A DNA stretch of 64,000 bases from a virus. The notes under the pieces were generated by a model. It did not search any database. It saw only the letters and a program-made list of their open reading frames with translations, and was not told the DNA's origin. Made by a program: the position numbers and the translations under genes. Every line of letters starts with the position of its first letter. The stretch's first letter is position 1. Shown piece after piece: positions 51,464-59,748 of this stretch. The stretch lies in IMG/VR virus record IMGVR_UViG_3300042691_050947; one strand, written 5' to 3'.

Positions 51464-52143
51464 TGTTAAATTTTAATCAATATCTAATATTAGAGAAAGG
51501 AAATGAGTCGTGTCCTATCGCCACTCAAAACTTAAAACTAAATACTAAGAATAGGGATAAAGCAATTGACGCAGATTACATACAATACGGCCCAATGAAT
51601 CTTTCTGACGAACAGTATTGGGTCGATCTCGCAGACCATTGGAATACGACACCGGACGTTGCTAAAAATTCCAACTGCGGAAACTGTGTAGCCTTTGATA
51701 TTTCACCAAGAATGGAAGAGTGCATGCCGGGCGAAGTGTCTGATCCGGATGGAAGACTCGGTTATTGCTGGATGCATCACTTCAAGTGTCACTCGGCCAG
51801 GACCTGTAGAACATGGGCAGCTGGCGGACCCATTGAAGAAGATTCAGTTTCTGCAGACTGGCAAAGCAAGAACGAAGATGAAGTTAATGAGGTAAGAAAG
51901 ACCAAAAATTCTCCCGATTGGCACGACTCAGATGCACCAGACGCTAAGGGAAAGTTTAAAGAGCTTGGAGTAAAAGAGCTTGCGAAATGGTTGATTAGAA
52001 CTCGTGGAGGAGACATGCGCAAGATTACGGGAAGCCTAAATCAGCAGATAGTGTTTAATCGTAATGACAATCCCACCTATGCTAAAAAGATGGAGAGCGT
52101 TAGAGAAGAGGTAAAACGTCAGCTTGCAAAAAAGAAGAAATAA
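51463..52143 (+). CDS. Cys/His-rich protein, putative internal head protein
   Basis: Leader MLNFNQYLILE; CGNC..C..GYCWMHHFKCHSARTC metal-binding cluster. Confidence 0.65.
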   Translation: MLNFNQYLILEKGNESCPIATQNLKLNTKNRDKAIDADYIQYGPMNLSDEQYWVDLADHWNTTPDVAKNSNCGNCVAFDISPRMEECMPGEVSDPDGRLGYCWMHHFKCHSARTCRTWAAGGPIEEDSVSADWQSKNEDEVNEVRKTKNSPDWHDSDAPDAKGKFKELGVKELAKWLIRTRGGDMRKITGSLNQQIVFNRNDNPTYAKKMESVREEVKRQLAKKKK

Positions 52144-52144
52144 A

Positions 52145-52423
52145 ATGTTAAACTTTAATCAATGGCTTAGCAGCATTAACGAGTCTGCTGAAGCTGCCTT
52201 AAAAAACAAAGCAAAGACCAGCAAAATTCCTTTGGGAATTCTTAGGACAGTTTACAATAAAGGAATGGCGGCTTGGAGGACTGGCCATCGCCCTGGGGTA
52301 ACCCAGCAGCAATGGGCTATGGCTAGAGTAAATTCATTTATAATGGGAGGAAAGACCACCCAAAAGGCAGATAAGTCCCTATGGGAAAGGGCTAAAAAAG
52401 CAAAAAAGAATAGAAAAAAATAA
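52145..52423 (+). CDS. Small basic protein, putative internal head protein (start revised to 52145)
   Basis: Leader [13 protein letters not shown]; [26 protein letters not shown] module. Confidence 0.65.
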   Translation: MLNFNQWLSSINESAEAALKNKAKTSKIPLGILRTVYNKGMAAWRTGHRPGVTQQQWAMARVNSFIMGGKTTQKADKSLWERAKKAKKNRKK

Positions 52424-52971
52424 TGCTATTAAACGTAAGACAAAGCGGGTTTATATTTCAGTTTCCGCCTGATTTCTTTTCACCTGAAATTAAGGAAAAA
52501 TATAAAAAGTATTATCAGAGCCTGATCCTTCCATATGATACGATAGACGATTTTATGTCCTCGACGATACAGTCAATCGATTTTCCAGGATGGACGATGG
52601 ATCCTGCTGTGCAGACTCGACTATTTGGTAAACAACAAGAATACAAGAGCTCAAAGCAAGTGGTAGATCTATTCACTCGAGAATTTACGCTAACTTTCAA
52701 GCTTACTGATGCCTACCTAAACTACTTTATCTTTTTGGAAAATTCCTTAAAATACCTTGATTTTTCAAATAAACAGCCAACATTTTCCCCAATGAGACTT
52801 TCTCTATTGGACAACGAGGGATATCTTGTATCTTCAATCATTTTTAAACGACCTGTGCTTAAAAGCCAGGATGGATTTAAACTATCATACAGCTCAGCCA
52901 CACCTGACTTTACCACGTTCACGGCTAAATTTGTTTACTTTGATTTCGATATCGAACTAGATTTTAATTAA
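52423..52971 (+). CDS. Tail tube terminator/completion protein (gp3-like, tube fold)
   Basis: [34 protein letters not shown] pattern of the gp3/gp19 fold. Confidence 0.6.
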   Translation: MLLNVRQSGFIFQFPPDFFSPEIKEKYKKYYQSLILPYDTIDDFMSSTIQSIDFPGWTMDPAVQTRLFGKQQEYKSSKQVVDLFTREFTLTFKLTDAYLNYFIFLENSLKYLDFSNKQPTFSPMRLSLLDNEGYLVSSIIFKRPVLKSQDGFKLSYSSATPDFTTFTAKFVYFDFDIELDFN

Positions 52972-52972
52972 G

Positions 52973-52999
52973 AACTTTAGGGTATCTTTGAGTATATTA
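52973..52999 (+). promoter_or_regulatory. Pre-late promoter motif upstream of the GT/sulfotransferase cassette
   Basis: AACTTT-N12-AGTATATTA. Confidence 0.55.
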
Positions 53000-53024
53000 T
53001 AGTCAAATAATACTATTTGAATAT

Positions 53025-53915
53025 ATGGCAAAAAAGCAAGCAAACAAATTCTCCATTTTTCATATTGAAGGTGGACTAGGAAAGCATATCGCAGCAACAG
53101 CCGTTGCTAAGTGTATTAAAAATAATCACCCAGATCGTGAATTAATCGTAGTTTGTGCGTATCCGGAAATATTTTTAAATTTACCTGCAATCGATCGAGT
53201 ATATAGAATAGGGTCGACTCCATATTTCTATAAGGATTTTATCGAGGGAAAGGACAGCTTAATCTTTAGACACGAACCCTATTTCACAAGTGAGCACATC
53301 CATAAGGAATTACCTCTTATTGAAAACTGGTGCAAGCTCTATAATCTTGAATTTTCAGGAGAATATCCAGAATTAATATTTAATGTTAGACAAAAACAGT
53401 ATGGTTTTAAAAAATGGAATCGTGAAAGACCAATTGCCGTGATTCAAACGAACGGGGGTCCGCTAAATGACCAGCCATACCTCTATTCATGGACTAGGGA
53501 CATTCCAAACACGACCGCAAATGAATTGGTCGCACACCTAAATCAATCATATCATGTCATTCAAATATGTAGGTCCAGCGAACAGTCTATCCCAGGAGCA
53601 GAGGCTATCTTTGAACCGATGTCAAACATGGAACTATTGTCCCTTCTGCTTTTTTCACAAAAGAGAGTCTTAATAGATTCAAGCATTCAGCATGCGGCAG
53701 CAGCACTAGACCTAAGATCAACTGTCCTATGGATCGGCACCTCCCCTAAAGTATTTGGATACAGCATTCATGAAAACATCATTGCTAATCTTCCGACTGA
53801 AGTCAAGCTTCCAGACAGCTACCTATTTGACTATAATTTTCATGGAGCAAATCATGAGTGTCCGTTATTAGATCTAAATATCTTTGATACTGATGAAATT
53901 TTAAATTCTCTATAA
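53025..53915 (+). CDS. GT9-like (heptosyltransferase-type, GT-B) glycosyltransferase
   Basis: GGLGKHIAATAV..HPDRELIV and IDSSIQHAAAAL..STVLWIGTSP match the GT9 N- and C-terminal motifs. Confidence 0.75.
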   Translation: MAKKQANKFSIFHIEGGLGKHIAATAVAKCIKNNHPDRELIVVCAYPEIFLNLPAIDRVYRIGSTPYFYKDFIEGKDSLIFRHEPYFTSEHIHKELPLIENWCKLYNLEFSGEYPELIFNVRQKQYGFKKWNRERPIAVIQTNGGPLNDQPYLYSWTRDIPNTTANELVAHLNQSYHVIQICRSSEQSIPGAEAIFEPMSNMELLSLLLFSQKRVLIDSSIQHAAAALDLRSTVLWIGTSPKVFGYSIHENIIANLPTEVKLPDSYLFDYNFHGANHECPLLDLNIFDTDEILNSL

Positions 53916-54550
53916 TGGATTTTACGCATCGTCACCTTAGCATTAACGAATACTTTGATCGGATATTTTATTTGAATCTAGATAAGGACACTAAGCGTAA
54001 TGACAGTATCCTTAGTCAGTTTAAAGAAATGGGCATCACAAACTTTGAAAGAGTTGCAGGAAGTGAGGTGGAGGATCTTCCAATGAGAACTAAATATAGA
54101 AATTTCATAAAAGATGACTTAAAATATATTAAGGGTCAACTTGGATGTAGAGAGGCTCACCTATCAGCTATTAGATTAGCTAAGATTCGAGGATATGACC
54201 GAATCTTAATATTGGAGGACGACGTCACATTTCTAGAAGATCCGTCCGCTCTACTTAATGCCAACCAATGGTTACATAACGATTGGGACATGCTCTATTT
54301 TGGTGGATTAGTCGAACCTTTCTTTAGAAACCAAATAGTTTGTGCCCATGCATATGGAGTAAGCTCAAACCTATTTGATGATATTCTACAGATGGGACCG
54401 GCTTCTGGAATGGAAATCGATAACTTTTACGCTAAGGTAATTCAGCACATGAGTTATAACCATAATCAGAGCGGTAAGTATAGAATCCGAGTCATCCAAC
54501 CGTTTAATAGAATAGTGCAGAATAAAAATTACGAATCCAACATAGTATGA
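53915..54550 (+). CDS. GT25 family glycosyltransferase
   Basis: IFYLNLD..R, FERVAG, LGCREAH, LILEDDV, WDMLYFG. Confidence 0.82.
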   Translation: MDFTHRHLSINEYFDRIFYLNLDKDTKRNDSILSQFKEMGITNFERVAGSEVEDLPMRTKYRNFIKDDLKYIKGQLGCREAHLSAIRLAKIRGYDRILILEDDVTFLEDPSALLNANQWLHNDWDMLYFGGLVEPFFRNQIVCAHAYGVSSNLFDDILQMGPASGMEIDNFYAKVIQHMSYNHNQSGKYRIRVIQPFNRIVQNKNYESNIV

Positions 54551-55362
54551 AAAAGATATTTTTTCAATCATCCCTACCCAGAGCAGGTTCAACCTTGTTA
54601 CAGAATATCATAGGCCAGAATCCAGACTTCTATGTGACTCCTACTTCAGGCGTCCTAGAATTAGTGTATGCTGCCAGAAACAATTACACTAATTCTCCAG
54701 AGTTTAAAGCACAGGACTCATCCCTGATGCGATCTGGCTTTACTCAGTTCTGTCACGATGGAGTCATAGGATTTTTTAACGGCATTACGAATAAGCCGTA
54801 CGTCTTGGATAAGAGTCGAGGTTGGGGAGTACATTATGGATTTCTAAGTTCCTTCTATCCTGAACCCAAAATTATCTGCATGGTCAGGGATCTTAGGGGT
54901 ATTTTTGCTTCGATGGAGAAAAACTTTCGTAAGAATCAACACATGGATTCAGGTATCGTTAACCACTCAAACATGACCGGTACGACTACTGAAAAAAGAA
55001 TCGATATCTGGGCAGGAGGTCAGCCCGTTGGGCTCGCACTAGAAAGGTTGCAGCAAGTTTTTAAAGAAGGAATAAATGAAAAAATTCTATTTATTAAGTA
55101 TGAGGATCTAGCAAAAGACCCGGTACCGGAAATGAAGAAGATATATGAATACTTGGGCATACCTTACTTTAATCATGATTTTAACAATATTGAACAGATC
55201 ACGCAAGAGGACGATACAGTATATGGAATTTATGGAGATCATCAGATTCGTAAAAAACTTGAACCTTTAAAGTCAGACTATAAAGAAGTATTAGGTCAGA
55301 GCGCATGCAATTGGATCAAAGCCAATTATAAGTGGTTCTATGATGAGTTTAAATATTATTAA
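54547..55362 (+). CDS. PAPS-dependent sulfotransferase
   Basis: 5'-PSB loop SLPRAGSTLL, LDKSRGW, 3'-PB VRDLRGIFAS, IKYEDL..P..MKKIYEYLG. Confidence 0.85.
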   Translation: MKKIFFQSSLPRAGSTLLQNIIGQNPDFYVTPTSGVLELVYAARNNYTNSPEFKAQDSSLMRSGFTQFCHDGVIGFFNGITNKPYVLDKSRGWGVHYGFLSSFYPEPKIICMVRDLRGIFASMEKNFRKNQHMDSGIVNHSNMTGTTTEKRIDIWAGGQPVGLALERLQQVFKEGINEKILFIKYEDLAKDPVPEMKKIYEYLGIPYFNHDFNNIEQITQEDDTVYGIYGDHQIRKKLEPLKSDYKEVLGQSACNWIKANYKWFYDEFKYY

Positions 55363-55373
55363 GTAGCTAATGC

Positions 55374-55790
55374 TTATGCCTTAGTCACCGCATCATCAAG
55401 ATCAATGATAAACTGAGAAATCTCTGCTGCAAAAGTCTCTGAAATATCTGCGAACGGGATCTTTATTTTTTGATTAGTAGACTTATTTCGAATCGGCAAT
55501 TCAGGCAACCTCTTTCCGTTTCTACCTGTTCGAATAGTAATCGAATCAGAGTATATCTTAATTAATGGAATTGTTCCGGTGAATCCGGGTTCGGGTTCAG
55601 GGCCTTTATCCAAATCCTTTTTTACTGGTGATAGATAAAGAAGAATCGAATCCACTATTCCTTTATATGATTCTATTTTACTAACATCATACGTCGCATT
55701 AATGGATCTTGATTTTGCTATGTATTTTGCCATAGAAGATTCACCGTTATTTACAATAGTTAAGTAATCAAAGGTTGGAGTAGCTGCCAT
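55374..55790 (-). CDS. Hypothetical protein
   Basis: 138 aa ORF at the end of the minus-strand fibre operon. Confidence 0.65.
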   Translation of the reverse strand: MAATPTFDYLTIVNNGESSMAKYIAKSRSINATYDVSKIESYKGIVDSILLYLSPVKKDLDKGPEPEPGFTGTIPLIKIYSDSITIRTGRNGKRLPELPIRNKSTNQKIKIPFADISETFAAEISQFIIDLDDAVTKA

Positions 55791-55808
55791 CTAAATTTAA
55801 TTTTTTTA

Positions 55809-57209
55809 TTAAGGTATTATGCAAATCATTCCAGAATCGCTCCATAGCATTCCTGAACAGAGTCCAGCAGCACTAGTTGGAATGTTTTTAATTGATAATT
55901 GATTTACAAAAGTTGTGCAAGTTGAATCTGCAGTAATACCTACACCAACGATAAATGAACTTGGATAACCATTCAAGTTATTTGAGCATCCTCCAAGTAT
56001 TCCAGAATAATCTCCATTTGCAATATTATTATATCCTCCACTAATAGTAGAATAGATTCCGCTAGCAGTATTACCATATCCTCCACCGACAGTTGAACAT
56101 CCTCCACTTGCAGAATTGCAATATCCTCCAGAAACAGTTGAATATCCTCCACTTGCAGAATTGCAATATCCGCCGCTTACTGTTGAACTCGTTCCATTTG
56201 CAGAATTGCAATATCCGCCGCTTACTATTGAGTGAGAGTTAGTTGCAGCATTACCATATCCTCCACCGACAGTTGAACATCCTCCACTTGCAGAATTCAA
56301 ATATCCGCCGCCTACTGTTGAGTAAGAACTACTTGCAGTATTATCACATCCTCCAGAAACAGTTGAATAATATCCACTAGCCGTATTGCTATATCCGCCG
56401 CCTACTGTTGAGTGAGAATTGGTTGCAGAATTCAAACGTCCTCCTCCAATGGTCGACCAATTGTATCCGCTTGCAGTATTGCCGGATCCTCCTCCGATCG
56501 TTGAATAGTTTCCGCTTGCAGTATTATTAGATCCTCCTCCGATCGATTCACAACCATAGTATGAGCTAGCAGTATTTCCATATCCTCCGCTAATTGTCGA
56601 GTACCCATAATCTGAACTTACTGTGTTACTATTTCCTCCACCAATGGTCGAGTATGCTGCGCTATTAGTATTAGTTAGTCCTCCACCAATGGTCGAACCT
56701 ACACCAGTTGCTAAATTTCCATATCCTCCGCTAATTGTTGATGCGATGTTTGAAGAAACGTTATTATATCCTCCAGAAACGGTTGAATAGTCTAGAGATG
56801 CATCATTATATGCTCCTCCAGCAACAGTCGAATAATATCCACTAGCAGTATTAATGTATCCTCCGCCTACGAAATTAAGATCTCCCGCTCCTCCTGCAGT
56901 GTTTCCATATCCTCCACTGACCGTTGAAGCATATCCGCTAGCAGTATTAGTATATCCGCCAGAAACAGTAGAATAGTCTCCACTTGCCGTGTTATTATTA
57001 TCGATTCGATAAGTAGAATTTGCTCCTGAATCAACGTCAATTACTCCTCCTCCACCTTCAACCACACTGATTGTTCCAGTTGAGTCCATTTTAGAAAGCG
57101 TGCCCGCCGTGTCTAAATCAAATCCTATAAAGTAACTGCCTGCAGGTATTTGAGAAAAATCAATTGATGCAAACGATACTCTTGGTAATTCTATTCCAGA
57201 TCCGTACAT
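55809..57209 (-). CDS. Repeat fibre protein (YadA/Hep-Hag-like beta-roll, 15-aa repeats)
   Basis: About 22 repeats of NTASGxYSTVSGGY; C-terminal NIPTSAAGL..GMLWSDSG. Confidence 0.8.
   Translation of the reverse strand: MYGSGIELPRVSFASIDFSQIPAGSYFIGFDLDTAGTLSKMDSTGTISVVEGGGGVIDVDSGANSTYRIDNNNTASGDYSTVSGGYTNTASGYASTVSGGYGNTAGGAGDLNFVGGGYINTASGYYSTVAGGAYNDASLDYSTVSGGYNNVSSNIASTISGGYGNLATGVGSTIGGGLTNTNSAAYSTIGGGNSNTVSSDYGYSTISGGYGNTASSYYGCESIGGGSNNTASGNYSTIGGGSGNTASGYNWSTIGGGRLNSATNSHSTVGGGYSNTASGYYSTVSGGCDNTASSSYSTVGGGYLNSASGGCSTVGGGYGNAATNSHSIVSGGYCNSANGTSSTVSGGYCNSASGGYSTVSGGYCNSASGGCSTVGGGYGNTASGIYSTISGGYNNIANGDYSGILGGCSNNLNGYPSSFIVGVGITADSTCTTFVNQLSIKNIPTSAAGLCSGMLWSDSGMICIIP
55960..57000 (-). 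repeat. Degenerate 45-bp coding tandem repeat
   Basis: 45-nt periodicity; exact 48-bp duplicate at 56070-56117 and 56250-56297. Confidence 0.85.
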
Positions 57210-57236
57210 GTATCTCTATTTTATTTTTATTTATTT

Positions 57237-58778
57237 TTAAACTATCTTCAATACGCATGAATCGCTCCAAACCATTCCAGTAATTCCTGGATTTGTTGTA
57301 GGTATATTCATAATTGCTAAACAGTTTACGTGGAATGTGCATGCTGCAATTGAAGTGATGCTGCATCCAAATATTCCTGAATAACTACATGTAGCCGAGT
57401 TATCTGTCCCTCCAAGGATAGCTGAACATGCTCCACTAGCCGTGTTATTTCTTCCTCCAGCAATAGTTGAGGCGCCGTTACTTGCAGTGTTGTTACATCC
57501 ACCAGAAACGGTTGAACCTGTTCCACTTGAAGTATTTGATTTTCCTCCAGCCGAGATTGATGCATATCCGCTCGCAGTATTTCCTGCACCTCCAAGAATA
57601 GCTGACCATGATGAATTTGCAGTATTCCATAGGGCTGCACACGATCCTCCTCCTCCTCCTATGACTGAAAGTGTTCCGCTAGCAGTATTACCTCGACCTC
57701 CACCAATTGTTGCACAATATGTACTTGCCGTATTATTACAGCCTCCAGCGATTGTTGAAGCAAGTCCACTTGCAATATTACATCGACCTCCTCCAAGTGA
57801 TGACCATGCTCCGGTACCACATGCTATGTTAAACTCTCCTCCACTGACAGTTGAACCAGTAGAATATACGGCATTCGATTTACCTCCGCCAATCGTTGAA
57901 TAAAATGAGCTTGCGGTATTACAATATCCTCCACTTATTACTGAACCGTTTCCGCAAGTAAAGTTTGCAACATTATTGCATCCTCCTCCAACAACCGAAG
58001 CTATTCCACTTGAACAGTTATTACAGCCTCCGCCAATAAATGATATGCACCCACTTGAAACATTATTACAGCCTCCACCAACCGTTGAAAAATAATTACT
58101 TGCCGTGTTGATAGCTCCGCCGCCGACTGTTGAAAGGTATCCGCTTGCCGTGTTACTATCGCCGCCGCCAACAGTTGAAAAATTTCCACTTGATGTATTA
58201 TATGATCCGCCAACTGTCGAATAGTCTCCGCTTGCAGTGTTAGAATATCCTCCACTCACAGTCGAACCGCCTCCACTTGAAGTGTTACACTGACCTCCGC
58301 CTACTGTTGACCAAGTCCCGGATGCAGTACCACACTTCCCGCCAAGTATTCCAGAATAGCTTCCGCTAGCTGTGTTACAATATCCGCCACTAACGGTTGA
58401 ACCGTTTCCACTTGCGAAGTTATTACATCCGCCAGAAATAGTTGAATAATTCCCAGTCGTAGTGCTTCCTTTACCGCCGCCGATCGTTGAAGTATAACCA
58501 CTTGCGGTGTTGGCGCATCCACCAGAAATAGTTGAATAATTTCCATTGGCAGTATTATTGTTATTAATTCGATATGTTGACCCTGTACCTGAACCAGCAT
58601 CTATAATCACACTACCTCCTCCACCTAATTGATACTCACAGCCATTATCAGCCAAATAGTACCATAGCTTGTCTGACTTAGGATACATTTTACTATATCC
58701 ACTTTCAGGAGTCGATGGTTGGCTGCTTACCGTTTTGTGCTGGTCGATACTAAGTTTTTTCTTTCCGCTGTATGCCAT
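57237..58778 (-). CDS. Repeat fibre protein, Cys-rich paralog
   Basis: About 25 repeats of NTASGxxSTV/IxGGC; C-terminal NIPTTNPG..GMVWSDS. Confidence 0.8.
   Translation of the reverse strand: MAYSGKKKLSIDQHKTVSSQPSTPESGYSKMYPKSDKLWYYLADNGCEYQLGGGGSVIIDAGSGTGSTYRINNNNTANGNYSTISGGCANTASGYTSTIGGGKGSTTTGNYSTISGGCNNFASGNGSTVSGGYCNTASGSYSGILGGKCGTASGTWSTVGGGQCNTSSGGGSTVSGGYSNTASGDYSTVGGSYNTSSGNFSTVGGGDSNTASGYLSTVGGGAINTASNYFSTVGGGCNNVSSGCISFIGGGCNNCSSGIASVVGGGCNNVANFTCGNGSVISGGYCNTASSFYSTIGGGKSNAVYSTGSTVSGGEFNIACGTGAWSSLGGGRCNIASGLASTIAGGCNNTASTYCATIGGGRGNTASGTLSVIGGGGGSCAALWNTANSSWSAILGGAGNTASGYASISAGGKSNTSSGTGSTVSGGCNNTASNGASTIAGGRNNTASGACSAILGGTDNSATCSYSGIFGCSITSIAACTFHVNCLAIMNIPTTNPGITGMVWSDSCVLKIV
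57380..58565 (-). repeat. Degenerate 45-bp coding tandem repeat
   Basis: Recurring CCGCC/CCTCC..GTTGA..CTTGC units at about 45-nt spacing. Confidence 0.8.
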
Positions 58779-58784
58779 GTCTTA

Positions 58785-59678
58785 TTATATTTTTGCCTGA
58801 AGTACGATCTTACCGCTAGATATTGCACCAGTAGAAACGATCTCAATTGAATTATCGTCAAGGTGTTGAATGTCAACATCTACTAGAGTATCTCCATCCC
58901 TAACACTATATACAAAGTCTTTAGTGCCCAATCCGTGAGTTATTGTTAGAGGTACTAGAGCAGTTGCTACAAAGTTTTGAACTACTACTTGCATGCTTGT
59001 GCCAGTTGCTAGATTAACCACCTTAACTATTCCTGAACCAAGATTGTTTATTTGACCTGAGCCGGAAATAATTAAGGTTCCGTTTGCAATGACCAGTTCT
59101 CCATAGTTATTTACGATTCCCTCCACCGTAAAGTTACCGTATATCCAATATTGATAATCATCTTGAATGGTTAGGATCTCACCAGAATCAATTACTTTCT
59201 TGTGACCTCCATTTCCACCAATGGATCCAAATCCACCAGTTAAACTAACCCAGCCTCTATCTTGAAGATAGCCGATAAAGTCTTCTCCAAATACAGGATC
59301 TAGTCCAGCAACTCCGGTGTATACCATCTCTCCCGGAACACCGACTGCTGGATAGGTTGGAAAATCAGTAAACCTTTGTCGTTGAGTCTCAGCGACGTCA
59401 ACCAATAGAGATTTACCGACTGCGTTACCCGCAGAAGTAATCGTGAAAGTTGGAATGCTACTTTGAGAGATTGTGAGCTGATTCGTGATCTCGGCAAGAG
59501 CAAAGGTACCTGAATAGAGGGAAAAAGAATTAGTTATCTCATCATAACTAATGTTATCTAAGAATTCTAAGTTTGCATCAGATAGACTTTTAAAATTTAA
59601 GTTCGTCACGTCGATAAGCGAAGTCAAACTTGAATTAGTCAAGCGGCGAATCGTCTGTAAATTATTATAGATTGCCAT
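58785..59678 (-). CDS. Virion structural protein (fibre-associated)
   Basis: N-terminal DVTNLNFKSL; C-terminal TITHGLGTKD..DDNSIEI module common in phage fibres; late motif upstream. Confidence 0.6.
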   Translation of the reverse strand: MAIYNNLQTIRRLTNSSLTSLIDVTNLNFKSLSDANLEFLDNISYDEITNSFSLYSGTFALAEITNQLTISQSSIPTFTITSAGNAVGKSLLVDVAETQRQRFTDFPTYPAVGVPGEMVYTGVAGLDPVFGEDFIGYLQDRGWVSLTGGFGSIGGNGGHKKVIDSGEILTIQDDYQYWIYGNFTVEGIVNNYGELVIANGTLIISGSGQINNLGSGIVKVVNLATGTSMQVVVQNFVATALVPLTITHGLGTKDFVYSVRDGDTLVDVDIQHLDDNSIEIVSTGAISSGKIVLQAKI

Positions 59679-59700
59679 TCTATAGTTATTTTATTTTTGT

Positions 59701-59708
59701 TATTTATC
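59701..59708 (-). promoter_or_regulatory. Late promoter candidate for the fibre operon
   Basis: GATAAATA 22 nt before the ATG at 59678. Confidence 0.6.
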
Positions 59709-59748
59709 TTTTAAAATAAATAGGAAAAAATACTTGAGTATCGCTCTC

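Noticed and set aside
55960-58565. Periodic repeats as a CRISPR array or a DGR template/variable pair
   Set aside because: The repeats are in-frame, degenerate 45-nt coding units with no unique spacers; no cas or reverse transcriptase gene and no adenine-only mismatch pair was seen
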